IMG/VR virus record: IMGVR_UViG_3300005805_000050
Span: 32,001-96,000 of that record
Source: a virus
Strand: one strand, 5' to 3'
DNA length: 64,000 nt
The notes beneath the pieces are model-generated. The model did not search any database. It was not told the DNA's origin and worked only from the letters and a program-made list of their open reading frames with translations. Each line of letters starts with the position of its first letter. Within the stretch, counting starts at the first letter, position 1. This document shows, one piece after another, positions 29,529 to 38,890 of this stretch. The translations under genes and the position numbers were made by a program.

Positions 29529-30901
29529 GTACACTAAACACGTTACAACAGTACGGGGTTTCGTTTCAACTAAAGGTTTTGTCGTCGCTGCTCAAGCACA
29601 AAGAGTTTCTACACAACATCTACGATATCCTGAATCCAGACGAATTTGATAATCCGTCTCACAAGTGGATTGTCAAAGAAACTTTGAAATACTATTCAAA
29701 GTACCACACCAATCCCACTCCAGAGTATCTCTCTGTTGAGGTCAAGAAGATCGATAACGATGTTCTTAAGGTCAGCGTAGCTGAACAATTGAAGGAAGCT
29801 CTTAAAGCCATCAACGAAGATCGAGAGTACGTTGAAACAGAGTTTGCAAACTTCTGTAGAAATCAACAACTCAAAAAAGCTTTGATGTCCTCTGTAGAGC
29901 TACTCACAAAGGGTCAATACGACGACATCAGATCCATCATCGACACAGCTCTAAAAGCTGGTCAAAGTAGAGACATCGGTCACGAATACGAGAAAGACGT
30001 AGAGACTCGATACAGAGCCGAAGAGAGGAAGGCAGTTCCAACTGTGTGGCCCCACATCAACGAACTTCTCATGGGAGGTTTGGGCGCAGGAGACCTTGGA
30101 ATGGTCTTAGGTTCCCCAGGCGGTGGCAAATCATGGTTCCTCATAAACCTAGGTGCCGCAGCGGTAAAAGCTGGATACAACGTGTGTCACTATACGCTAG
30201 AGCTTTCGCAAGACTATGTTGGTAAGAGATACGATTCCACTCTCACGGGCATAGAATTTCAAAGGATTCACTTGCACAGGGACGAGATTGAGAAAGCCAT
30301 AAATGCGCTACCTGGAAAACTCATAATCAAAGAATACCCCATGGGTAAGACAACACCGTCTACCATTGAGACTCACATACAGAAGTGCGAGACCATGGGC
30401 TTCAAACCTGATTTGGTGATCATAGACTACGTAGACCTGTTGAGATCCAAGATGCGCTCCACAGAACGAAAGGATGAGATCGATGATGTATACACCTCCA
30501 TAAAAGGACTCGCCAGACAGATCAAAACACCTATATGGACCGTATCTCAGGTGAACAGAATGGGATCCAAAGATGACATCATTGAAGCTGACAAAATTGC
30601 AGGATCTTATGACAAGATCATGATCGCAGACTTCGCCATGTCGCTCTCCAGAAAAAGGTCTGACAAATTAAATGGTACTGCGAGAATACATGTCATAAAG
30701 AACAGGTTTGGTGCAGATGGCATGACATTTGGAGCTATGATAAATACATCAAATGGTCACATAGATATCAGCAATTCACAGATAGACGACTCCGAATTGC
30801 AGGTTGAGGACAATCCAGTAAGAGCTATGCAGAATAGAATACAGCTGGGTGGAGAAGAAAAGAAGTACTTAGCGAATAAATTCTTTGAATTAGGATTGTA
30901 A
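29525..30901 (+). CDS. dnaB: Replicative DnaB-family helicase (T4 gp41-like)
   Basis: GSPGGGKS, HYTLEL, IIDYVDLL, WTVSQVNR and KNRFG. Confidence 0.9.
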   Translation: MSTLNTLQQYGVSFQLKVLSSLLKHKEFLHNIYDILNPDEFDNPSHKWIVKETLKYYSKYHTNPTPEYLSVEVKKIDNDVLKVSVAEQLKEALKAINEDREYVETEFANFCRNQQLKKALMSSVELLTKGQYDDIRSIIDTALKAGQSRDIGHEYEKDVETRYRAEERKAVPTVWPHINELLMGGLGAGDLGMVLGSPGGGKSWFLINLGAAAVKAGYNVCHYTLELSQDYVGKRYDSTLTGIEFQRIHLHRDEIEKAINALPGKLIIKEYPMGKTTPSTIETHIQKCETMGFKPDLVIIDYVDLLRSKMRSTERKDEIDDVYTSIKGLARQIKTPIWTVSQVNRMGSKDDIIEADKIAGSYDKIMIADFAMSLSRKRSDKLNGTARIHVIKNRFGADGMTFGAMINTSNGHIDISNSQIDDSELQVEDNPVRAMQNRIQLGGEEKKYLANKFFELGL

Positions 30902-30916
30902 AGAACCAAAAGTTAG

Positions 30917-30925
30917 ATATTTATA
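30917..30925 (+). promoter_or_regulatory. ATATTTATA putative late promoter
   Basis: Exact motif 19 nt upstream of ATG 30945. Confidence 0.55.
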
Positions 30926-30944
30926 ACTACAAAAACGATTGATT

Positions 30945-31166
30945 ATGCCAAGCATCTTTCAAAAATACGAAGCAGCACCAAAAGGTGACAACTTTAGAAG
31001 ACCCGACAACTACGATGATTCGTATATCGATAGGTCTTTTGTAGAAGCTGCCGCCGCAGCCAGTTCAAACAAGGTGGTAAACCTTCAAGCGTTCTTTCAA
31101 TCTACGAATAAGCAAACTTACGTAGAAAGTAAGAACACGAATCCTGGTAGCGTACCTCAGGGCTAA
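30945..31166 (+). CDS. Small hypothetical protein (73 aa, ATG start)
   Basis: ORF immediately downstream of the promoter motif. Confidence 0.6.
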   Translation: MPSIFQKYEAAPKGDNFRRPDNYDDSYIDRSFVEAAAAASSNKVVNLQAFFQSTNKQTYVESKNTNPGSVPQG

Positions 31167-31281
31167 TCAAACCAATCTAATCGTTATCTAATTTTTTAGA
31201 CGCTAAGTCTAAGGGTCAAGAAAACTGTCAAAAAAACTAAAAACGTAAGAAATTACGAAGAAAATTATAGGCTATATACAT

Positions 31282-32259
31282 ATGAGTAAGTTATTCACAA
31301 AAAGGGTTAACATTCTTCCTTACGATTACCCATCGTTACTTAAATACAAAGACGCCATAAGGCACTCATATTGGATAGACACCGAGTACAATTTCACCAC
31401 GGACATCAATGACTTCCACGTAAACATCACAGAAAACGAGAGGGATGTCATTAAAAAGACCATGCTTGCCATCGCCCAGATCGAGGTCAACGTCAAGACC
31501 TTTTGGGCTGACATGTACAAGCGCATGCCCATAACGGAGATCGGAGACGTTGGCATGACCTTCGCAGAGTCCGAAGTTCGCCACAAGGACGCTTACGCCA
31601 GATTGATACGCATTCTGGGTTTGGAAGACGAGTTCAAAAACGTAGTAGAAATACCGGCAATAAAAGACCGTATCAAATATCTCAGCAAGTACCTAGATGG
31701 TACTCGCAGTACAGATAATAAAATGTATACCAAATCGGTACTGCTCTTCTCTTTATTCATCGAGCACGTGTCGCTGTTCTCACAGTTCCTCATCATGATG
31801 TCGTTCAACAAGGACCGCAACGTTTTCAAGGGCATATCGAACGTTGTCGAAGCCACGTCAAAGGAGGAAGACATCCACGGAAACTTCGGAGCGGAGATCA
31901 TCAACATCATCAAGCAGGAAAACCCCGAGTGGTTCGATTCAGAATTTGAAGCGCTGATCGATTCTGCGTGCAACAAAGCGTACAAAGCAGAGTGCAAGAT
32001 ACTGGACTGGATATTTGAGGGAGGAGAATTAGACTTCCTACCCAAGAAGACCATACAGCATTTTATCATGAACCGCTTTAATAACTCACTTCAGAAAATA
32101 GGCATGGAGCCCATATTCGAGGTAGATTCTGACGAGATCAAGAAAACCAAGTGGTTCGAGATAGAAACTACATCCACCAAAGAGGGAGATTTCTTCTATA
32201 AGAAACAAATTGATTATAGTAAGAAACAGAAGGCAATAACAGAAGACGACTTATTTTAA
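31282..32259 (+). CDS. nrdB: Ribonucleotide reductase beta subunit, class Id (NrdBi)-like
   Basis: AIAQIEVNVKTFW, ESEVRHKDAY, LFIEHVSLFSQF and EEDIH: all-Glu/His ligand set with a Lys four residues after the first Glu. Confidence 0.92.
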   Translation: MSKLFTKRVNILPYDYPSLLKYKDAIRHSYWIDTEYNFTTDINDFHVNITENERDVIKKTMLAIAQIEVNVKTFWADMYKRMPITEIGDVGMTFAESEVRHKDAYARLIRILGLEDEFKNVVEIPAIKDRIKYLSKYLDGTRSTDNKMYTKSVLLFSLFIEHVSLFSQFLIMMSFNKDRNVFKGISNVVEATSKEEDIHGNFGAEIINIIKQENPEWFDSEFEALIDSACNKAYKAECKILDWIFEGGELDFLPKKTIQHFIMNRFNNSLQKIGMEPIFEVDSDEIKKTKWFEIETTSTKEGDFFYKKQIDYSKKQKAITEDDLF

Positions 32260-32263
32260 GGTT

Positions 32264-33895
32264 ATGAAATACAAAGATTACTATTGGCTAAATAAAGAGG
32301 CTAGAAAATTCTTGTCTCGAGGATACATCACAGAAGAGGCTGAAGATCGCATAAAAGAAATTGCTATCACAGCAGAACGATACCTAGAAATTCCAGGGTT
32401 CGCAGAGAAGTTTGAACGCTATATGGCCAAAGGCTACTACAGCTTGGCAACTCCAGTGTGGATCAACTTTGGTAAAGAAAAGGGTTTGCCTATTTCTTGT
32501 TACGGATCCTACATCGAAGATTCGTTAGACAGTATGTTGTCCACAGCAAGAGAGATCGGCATGATGTCCAAATACGGTGGAGGAACTTCTGCGTATTTAG
32601 GAGATATTAGACCCCGCGGCACAGACATAGCCACAGGAGGAAAAGCAGATGGACCCGTGCACTATGCACGATTATACGATACAGTAGTTGATGTGTGTAA
32701 ACAGAGCGAAGCTCGCCGCGGCGCTTGCGCTGTATATCTACCGATAGAGCACAGCGACATCAATGAATTTTTGGACATTGGCACTGAAGGTAATCCCATA
32801 CAAAACTTACAGTATGGAGTTACAGTCGGTGATCAATGGCTTTCTGAAATGAAAGCTGGTGACCCTGTTAAAAGAAAGGTGTGGGCGAAGGTGATACAAC
32901 GCCGTTCGGAGTTTGGATACCCGTACATCATGTTCAGAGACAACTCGAACAACAACACGCCTTACAAAGAGTTGGGAAGGAAGATTACTGCATCTAACTT
33001 GTGTAGCGAGATACAACTTCCAACCTCTGATAAGGAATCATTTGTCTGTTGCATCGGATCGATCAATCTCCTGCACTGGGACGAGATAGAAAATACCGAT
33101 GCTATTGAGGTTTACACGCAATTCCTCAACGCAGTGATGGATGAATTCTTAATCAAAGCAAAATCCAAACCAGGAATGAACAAGGCTTGGAACTTCGCTG
33201 TTAACCACAGAGCGATAGGCGTTGGAGTTCTTGGCTACCACTCGTTGTTGCAGTCTAAACTCATACCGTTCGAATCCCTTCAAGCGAAAGGATACAACGA
33301 TAGGATATTTAGAACGCTGAAGGAGAGGACAGATGCAGCGTCTAAAAACTTGTACAAATCAGATCCTGACAGATACGAATGTATCAGACCTGGATTTGCT
33401 AACACCACGCTAATAGCAATCGCACCCACTAAATCGTCTTCGTTCATACTCGGTCAAGTTTCTATGGGTATCGAACCCATCAAGTCAAACTATTTCATCA
33501 AGGACCTTTCCAAGATCAAGACCATTTACAAGAATCCTTACCTTATTGAAGAACTCAAGAAGTACGATCTCGACAAAGAGGGAATATGGGACAGCATCAT
33601 GAAGAAGGACGGTTCCGTACAACACCTAGATTTCCCCACCAAGGAAGTGTTCAAGACGTTCCTTGAGATATCACCTAAAGAAATAATCATACAGACTGCT
33701 CAAAGGCAAAAATACATCGATCAATCGCAAAGCGTGAACTTGATGATTCACCCCACCATTCCAGCAAAAGACATAAATTCCTTGTACCTATATGCTCACG
33801 AAGAAGGTGTGAAAACTCTTTACTACCAATACTCTCAAAATTCGGCGCAAGCGTTCGCTAGGAATATTCTCGAGTGTGTCAACTGTGAGGCCTAA
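32264..33895 (+). CDS. nrdA: Ribonucleotide reductase alpha subunit (short, no ATP cone)
   Basis: LPISC, SNLCSEI, CCIGSINL, IAIAPTKSSS, KTLYY and C-terminal CVNCEA. Confidence 0.95.
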   Translation: MKYKDYYWLNKEARKFLSRGYITEEAEDRIKEIAITAERYLEIPGFAEKFERYMAKGYYSLATPVWINFGKEKGLPISCYGSYIEDSLDSMLSTAREIGMMSKYGGGTSAYLGDIRPRGTDIATGGKADGPVHYARLYDTVVDVCKQSEARRGACAVYLPIEHSDINEFLDIGTEGNPIQNLQYGVTVGDQWLSEMKAGDPVKRKVWAKVIQRRSEFGYPYIMFRDNSNNNTPYKELGRKITASNLCSEIQLPTSDKESFVCCIGSINLLHWDEIENTDAIEVYTQFLNAVMDEFLIKAKSKPGMNKAWNFAVNHRAIGVGVLGYHSLLQSKLIPFESLQAKGYNDRIFRTLKERTDAASKNLYKSDPDRYECIRPGFANTTLIAIAPTKSSSFILGQVSMGIEPIKSNYFIKDLSKIKTIYKNPYLIEELKKYDLDKEGIWDSIMKKDGSVQHLDFPTKEVFKTFLEISPKEIIIQTAQRQKYIDQSQSVNLMIHPTIPAKDINSLYLYAHEEGVKTLYYQYSQNSAQAFARNILECVNCEA

Positions 33896-33955
33896 CACCA
33901 AAAACCAAGATTTTACCATATAAACCTAATGTTGTATATTTAAGAAACACAAGTT

Positions 33956-34978
33956 ATGAAATTAGAAAAGTACGAGAAACTAAAACAGCGGTTAGAGGTA
34001 CTCAAACTCGAAAAGAATTTCTTTCCACTCAATACGACCCTGTACTGGTTTTCGTTTTTGGGTAACATCTTTTTGATTTACTTCGGTTACTTCTTCATAA
34101 GAACAATCACCGATACCCTTCCCGAATTATTTCCCTACCAAGACCAATTTTTTATGGTCTTCATCGCTCTATTCCTTACTGGATACGAGTTGACTAAGCG
34201 ATTTGTTATAGACCAAACTGCCAACTCTTTAGTGGGTCCCAAAAGATCTATCACTTTCGGAGTCGTATTCGGCATAATAGTGTCATTACTCATGATATTG
34301 GGATCTTTCTATATGTCCATAAAGGGCGCGCATAGATTGGTGGACAATAAGGACGTGATCACACAACAGATAGATTCCACAAGTAATAAGAAGATAGAAG
34401 AGATCACACAGTATTACGATAAAGAAATATCTTATTATAGATCCCAACCCGCCAGAACAAGAGCTGATAGAGAATACAGGGATTCCATAGTTGCAAACTT
34501 ACAAATACAAAAGGATCAGAAGATAGAGGCTGAAGAAACTAAAACGGTGACAAGGGCTGAAACGTCATTGGAAGAGAACGCAGAGAACGATTTCGCTTTC
34601 ATGGTCATTACGTTCTTCTTAGAGATCATAGTGATACTTGGCGTTGCATTCAATGCGTACTACACAGTGTCCACCTTCGAAGAGACGGGCAAATTGCTAC
34701 AAACGCCTAAGTACAAACAGTACATGAACAACCTACAACTGTTGAAGTTGTATTACGCCAACGGTAAGAAAGAATCGAGTGAGATAGCCATATCATACAG
34801 CAAGCTCATGTCCCTAGCAAAAAATTCAAAGCTAGGCATAACTAACTCAGAAATTAAAGACTTCGTGTCCATGTGTATCGAACTTGGGGTGACTAAAGAA
34901 ACCCAAAACAAGAGAAAGCAACTAGTCATGTCTTACGACGACGCGAAAAAAGCTTTTCAAAAGGACGACATATTTTAG
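33956..34978 (+). CDS. Multi-pass membrane protein with a coiled-coil region
   Basis: Three to four hydrophobic segments flank a charged helical region; preceded by ATATTTAA at 33936-33943. Confidence 0.65.
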   Translation: MKLEKYEKLKQRLEVLKLEKNFFPLNTTLYWFSFLGNIFLIYFGYFFIRTITDTLPELFPYQDQFFMVFIALFLTGYELTKRFVIDQTANSLVGPKRSITFGVVFGIIVSLLMILGSFYMSIKGAHRLVDNKDVITQQIDSTSNKKIEEITQYYDKEISYYRSQPARTRADREYRDSIVANLQIQKDQKIEAEETKTVTRAETSLEENAENDFAFMVITFFLEIIVILGVAFNAYYTVSTFEETGKLLQTPKYKQYMNNLQLLKLYYANGKKESSEIAISYSKLMSLAKNSKLGITNSEIKDFVSMCIELGVTKETQNKRKQLVMSYDDAKKAFQKDDIF

Positions 34979-34990
34979 TAGATTAAGGTT

Positions 34991-37297
34991 ATGATAAATA
35001 AGAGTTATGTAATGGTGGATACCATGGAGAAGTTTCGCGCCATGGCCGACCACGTAAAGAAGCACGACATAGTCGCCTTCGACACAGAAACAACCTCCCT
35101 AAACCCAAGAAAAGGCAAGATCATAGGATTCTCTGTAAGCGCAGAGATCGGATACGGATATTACGTACCGACCATGATATTCAAAGACGGGGAACTGAAC
35201 GATGCATACATAGACGGACAGAGTGCACACGAGTTGGCAAAGCGATTCATCACAGCATTGACGACTAAGAAGCTTGTAATGCACAATGCGTCATTCGACT
35301 GTAGATTCGTAAAGGCGTTTTACGATATAGATCTCACGCCAAGCTTGCACGCCGATACCATACTATTGGTACACACGCTCATGGAAGAGGGCGCAGGATA
35401 CATGTCGAAATCGCCCTTCGCTCTCAAAGAAATCGCCAAGAGCATTCAAACGGAATTGGGTCTTGACGTAGAGAAGGAAGCTAACGAAGAGCAGATCGAA
35501 CTCAAGAATTCCATAAAGAACAACGGAGGTTCGATAACTAAGGAGAACTACGAGATCTGGAAAGCGGACATCGATATCCTCTCAAAGTACGCTGCCGCCG
35601 ATACTGACTTGACTCTACGTGTGTACAACTACTTCGAACCACAGCTAGACGTTCAAGGTCTTAGAAAGTTCTATTACGAGGACGAAGTCATGCCGCTGTA
35701 CAAAGAAGTGACCATTCCCATGGAAAGCAGAGGCGTTAGACTCGACATGCCACTGATCACAGACGCCAAGCGTAAGATAAGCGAAGATCTAAAGAAGTAC
35801 CACGAACTGGTCATAAAGGAATTGCTTACGAATCCAGACGTTCGTACGTGGGTTATTTACAAAGCCACCGAAGCTTATCCTCCCAACCACAAAGGCGCAT
35901 ACGCTCAGGAGTTGGCAGAGATGCACAACTTGGACATACCAAAATCAAAGAAGAACGGCAAGTACAGCATAACAACAGCTAACGTATCTCAACTTCCCGA
36001 TAGTCCCATAAAGGAATTTCTAGTGACAGGTAACGCTGATTCTTTACCCGAAGACATTCGCTTGAAAGTCAGCATGAAACTTTGGAAGGAGGACAACGAT
36101 GGCTCTTACTTCAACATACAGTCTAAGGATCACATGGGCGAAATAGCCTTTGCGGTGCTGGGAATACAGCCTTTGTCAGAAACCAAGACAGGTAAACCCC
36201 AATTCGACGAGGACATGATACAACTCATAGCCGAGGATTACGAGTGGGCTAAACACCTCAGAGTGTACAACAAGCTGATGAAGATTAGTTCCACGTACAT
36301 CGATAGGTTCTTAGAGAGCAACGAAGACGGCAAGTACTATTTCTCCTACAAGCAACACGGTACTGTGTCGGGTCGTTACGGATCGGACGCTCAACAGTTG
36401 CCTAGACCTAAAGAGGAAGGCGACGACGATCAAGTCATTGTGGATTACAACAACTTGGTAAGAGCGTTCTTCATACCTTATGATGGAAACACGTTCATCG
36501 ATAACGACTACGAATCTCTTGAACCCAAGACGTTCTCTCACGTATCAGGCGACGAAGGTCTTATGGACATCTTTAGAAACGGTTGGGACTTTTATTCCAC
36601 CATCGCAATCAAAACCGAGAAACTGAACCAGTATTCTCCTGACAAAAAGGCTCCGAATTACTTGAGAAAGTTGGCTCCGCAATTGCGTAACAAGGCGAAA
36701 GCGTATTCCCTCGGAATTCCTTATGGCATGGGGCCTTACGCTCTTGGTAAGAACATCGGAGTGAAGACTAAGGAAGCAGAAGAGTTGGTAAATGGATACC
36801 TCGATGGATTTCCAAACCTGAAGAAGTGGATGCAGGATTCTAAAGCTTTCGCCAAGGAAAACGGCTACATCAAAACCCAAGTAGGTCGCATTCGACACTT
36901 GCCCAAAGTGCAACTGTTGTACAGCAAGTACGGAGACAAACTACTTGACTTCAAGTTCAAGATGCAGTTGGAAAAGCAGAAAGGTAAAGACCACGTGACA
37001 AACATGGTGAGAGACTACAAAAATGGTCTCAACAACAGTCTAAACGTGCAGATCCAGGGACTCGCAGCTTCAATAGTAAACCGCGCAGCTATCGCAATCA
37101 ACCGAAGATACAAAGAAGCCGGTATAAAAGGTCAGGTCGTAGCACAGATTCACGACCAGCTGATCGTAGAGGTAGAAGAAGCAAGATCTAAAGAGGCAGC
37201 AGAAATCATGCAGGATTGTATGGAAAACACAACCAAGCTGCGCATACCTTTGGTAGCAATTCCCTCTATTGCGCACAACTGGCGCGACGGTCACTGA
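34991..37297 (+). CDS. polA: DNA polymerase, family A (3'-5' exonuclease + polymerase)
   Basis: AFDTETT, MHNASFD, YAAAD, motif A DNDYESLEPK, motif B RNKAKAYSLGIPYG and motif C QIHDQL. Confidence 0.95.
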   Translation: MINKSYVMVDTMEKFRAMADHVKKHDIVAFDTETTSLNPRKGKIIGFSVSAEIGYGYYVPTMIFKDGELNDAYIDGQSAHELAKRFITALTTKKLVMHNASFDCRFVKAFYDIDLTPSLHADTILLVHTLMEEGAGYMSKSPFALKEIAKSIQTELGLDVEKEANEEQIELKNSIKNNGGSITKENYEIWKADIDILSKYAAADTDLTLRVYNYFEPQLDVQGLRKFYYEDEVMPLYKEVTIPMESRGVRLDMPLITDAKRKISEDLKKYHELVIKELLTNPDVRTWVIYKATEAYPPNHKGAYAQELAEMHNLDIPKSKKNGKYSITTANVSQLPDSPIKEFLVTGNADSLPEDIRLKVSMKLWKEDNDGSYFNIQSKDHMGEIAFAVLGIQPLSETKTGKPQFDEDMIQLIAEDYEWAKHLRVYNKLMKISSTYIDRFLESNEDGKYYFSYKQHGTVSGRYGSDAQQLPRPKEEGDDDQVIVDYNNLVRAFFIPYDGNTFIDNDYESLEPKTFSHVSGDEGLMDIFRNGWDFYSTIAIKTEKLNQYSPDKKAPNYLRKLAPQLRNKAKAYSLGIPYGMGPYALGKNIGVKTKEAEELVNGYLDGFPNLKKWMQDSKAFAKENGYIKTQVGRIRHLPKVQLLYSKYGDKLLDFKFKMQLEKQKGKDHVTNMVRDYKNGLNNSLNVQIQGLAASIVNRAAIAINRRYKEAGIKGQVVAQIHDQLIVEVEEARSKEAAEIMQDCMENTTKLRIPLVAIPSIAHNWRDGH

Positions 37298-37305
37298 TAT
37301 TTATT
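37297..37305 (+). promoter_or_regulatory. ATATTTATT motif
   Basis: Directly after the polA stop and 3 nt before ATG 37309. Confidence 0.45.
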
Positions 37306-37308
37306 GAC

Positions 37309-37413
37309 ATGCAACTGACAAAGAGAGAAAGAAAAGCCAAAGCTAGAAAGCGCATGCAGAAGGAGAACCGACGCATAAACCAGCGAAAGGGTCTGCACCT
37401 GAAGCACACATAA
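37309..37413 (+). CDS. 34-aa highly basic peptide
   Basis: MQLTKRERKAKARKRMQKENRRINQRKGLHLKHT*; 14 of 34 residues are K/R. Confidence 0.5.
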   Translation: MQLTKRERKAKARKRMQKENRRINQRKGLHLKHT

Positions 37414-37430
37414 TTTTTACAGAGCATTAC

Positions 37431-37439
37431 ATATTTATA
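37431..37439 (+). promoter_or_regulatory. ATATTTATA putative late promoter
   Basis: Exact motif 16 nt upstream of ATG 37456. Confidence 0.55.
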
Positions 37440-37455
37440 AAAAAACCTAAAGAAC

Positions 37456-37632
37456 ATGGAAATACTATTTTGGATCTTAGTTGGCGGAGTCATTTGTTTC
37501 ATCGCCGTAAAAGCAGTAGAACTCAATAAGAAATCAGACGCTCCCCAGAGCGGTAACACTTCCGGTGGAGGTGGCTACACAGGCGTTGGAGGGGACGTAG
37601 CAGGAGAATTACCTAAAGAAAACAAAAAATAA
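37456..37632 (+). CDS. 58-aa single-pass membrane protein with a Gly-rich tail (below ORF-track cutoff)
   Basis: MEILFWILVGGVICFIAVKAVELNKKSDAPQSGNTSGGGGYTGVGGDVAGELPKENKK*. Confidence 0.65.
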   Translation: MEILFWILVGGVICFIAVKAVELNKKSDAPQSGNTSGGGGYTGVGGDVAGELPKENKK

Positions 37633-37636
37633 GAGC

Positions 37637-38164
37637 ATGAAAAAGCTATTAAACGAAGTCAAAAGGATGCAAAAGATCGCGGGCATCATCAGCGAAAGCC
37701 AGTACGAAGAGAGCGCAGACCTAGCAGATGAAAGCGAAATCAAAGGCGTAAAAGAGGCGAGAAATCAAGTACCCACTGTTCCCGGTAAACTGGAAATAGA
37801 CGCCCAAGACCTAGGAGACGATCCGCGATCTTACCAAGACTCGGCTAGAGCGATAAAGACATATCTCACGAAAGCTGGTATCAAAGCCAAGGTCACAGGC
37901 GACTCCAATTTTGGAATGATTTACATACAATTGGCCGATCCGAAACAAGCTGCAAAAGCCACAAAAGTAATTCAAGACGAACTCGGATACGAAGCCGTAC
38001 CCTCACTTGACGACTCACCGGCCAGAATCGACTACGATCCAGACTATAAGGGACCCAGATGGGGCGAACCTACACGCGACGACTCAGGACCAGCCAGAAT
38101 CGACTACGATCCCGACTATGCGGGACCCAGATGGGGCGAACAGCCGTTTTGGAAAAATAAATGA
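37637..38164 (+). CDS. Hypothetical protein with C-terminal RIDYDPxYxGPRW repeats; possible readthrough to 38230
   Basis: 175 aa ORF with two repeat copies inside and a third in-frame copy after the TGA. Confidence 0.75.
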   Translation: MKKLLNEVKRMQKIAGIISESQYEESADLADESEIKGVKEARNQVPTVPGKLEIDAQDLGDDPRSYQDSARAIKTYLTKAGIKAKVTGDSNFGMIYIQLADPKQAAKATKVIQDELGYEAVPSLDDSPARIDYDPDYKGPRWGEPTRDDSGPARIDYDPDYAGPRWGEQPFWKNK

Positions 38165-38227
38165 CCTACACACGAAGTCTCACCAACTAGGATCGACTAC
38201 GATCCCAACTATAAGGGACCTAGGTGG
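38021..38227 (+). repeat. Three imperfect direct repeats encoding RIDYDP[DN]Y[KA]GPRW
   Basis: Copies at 38021-38068, 38093-38140 (72-nt period) and 38189-38227. Confidence 0.95.
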
Positions 38228-38246
38228 TAATAGCCTAAACAAAAAC

Positions 38247-38273
38247 AAAAGAGGGACTTCGGTCCCTTTTTTT
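38247..38273 (+). terminator. Rho-independent terminator with a cUUCGg loop
   Basis: AGGGAC-ttcg-GTCCCT followed by a T tract. Confidence 0.9.
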
Positions 38274-38317
38274 ATGTCACTACGAATGAAAATAGCTATA
38301 CATTCTTGAAATTGTGT

Positions 38318-38326
38318 ATATTTATA
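38318..38326 (+). promoter_or_regulatory. ATATTTATA motif upstream of the chaperone operon
   Basis: Exact motif 92 nt before the Hsp20 ATG. Confidence 0.5.
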
Positions 38327-38418
38327 ATAAATAAACGATAAAGGTACGACAGGCCTTTAAGTTATGATTAGTTAAATTATTATTAACCAAAAACAACGTC
38401 ACAGGAGGACGTAGAACT

Positions 38419-38856
38419 ATGACACAATTAACTAAATTCGCAGGTTTTGATCTTGATCCATTCGATCTGTTGTGGAAGAATTTCATCGACCACGACTCAA
38501 GATTCAATACACTATTAGAAAAAGTAAACTATCCCACGGATATTTACGAAACCGCTGACGGCATCACATTCGAATTAGCCGTCGTTGGCCTCGACTCAAA
38601 AGACATCGTAATCGAAACACAGGGCGAGGTGCTGAGAATCAAGTACAACAAGGAAAAGCACGAAGACGAAACCAAGTACATTTACAAGGGCATCGCTAAA
38701 CGTTCTTTCGACCTTGCTTGGAAAGTATCTTCTAAATTCGACCTCCCCAAACTGGAAGCGCAGTTGGAAAAGGGTCTGTTAACCATTAAGGTTCCGTTTG
38801 CCGAGACTGCAAAAGCGAAAACGATTCAAATCAAAGAAATCAAGTCTCTAAATTAA
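38419..38856 (+). CDS. Small heat-shock protein Hsp20
   Basis: YPTDIYET, ELAVVGL, YIYKGIAKRSF and A.LEKGLLTIKVP...KTIQIK. Confidence 0.93.
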   Translation: MTQLTKFAGFDLDPFDLLWKNFIDHDSRFNTLLEKVNYPTDIYETADGITFELAVVGLDSKDIVIETQGEVLRIKYNKEKHEDETKYIYKGIAKRSFDLAWKVSSKFDLPKLEAQLEKGLLTIKVPFAETAKAKTIQIKEIKSLN

Positions 38857-38890
38857 GGTAAGGGGCCTGTCTTCCTTTATCGTTTAAGTT

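Noticed and set aside
31196-31212. Inverted repeat TTAGAC-gctaa-GTCTAA upstream of nrdB as an operator or NrdR box
   Set aside because: Only 6 bp in AT-rich DNA, a single copy, and it does not match the NrdR box consensus.
38021-38227. Direct repeats as a mini CRISPR array
   Set aside because: Repeats are in-frame coding units with synonymous variation and uneven spacing; no cas operon is nearby.
38858-38885. Possible terminator after Hsp20
   Set aside because: The stem is imperfect and there is no proper T tract.
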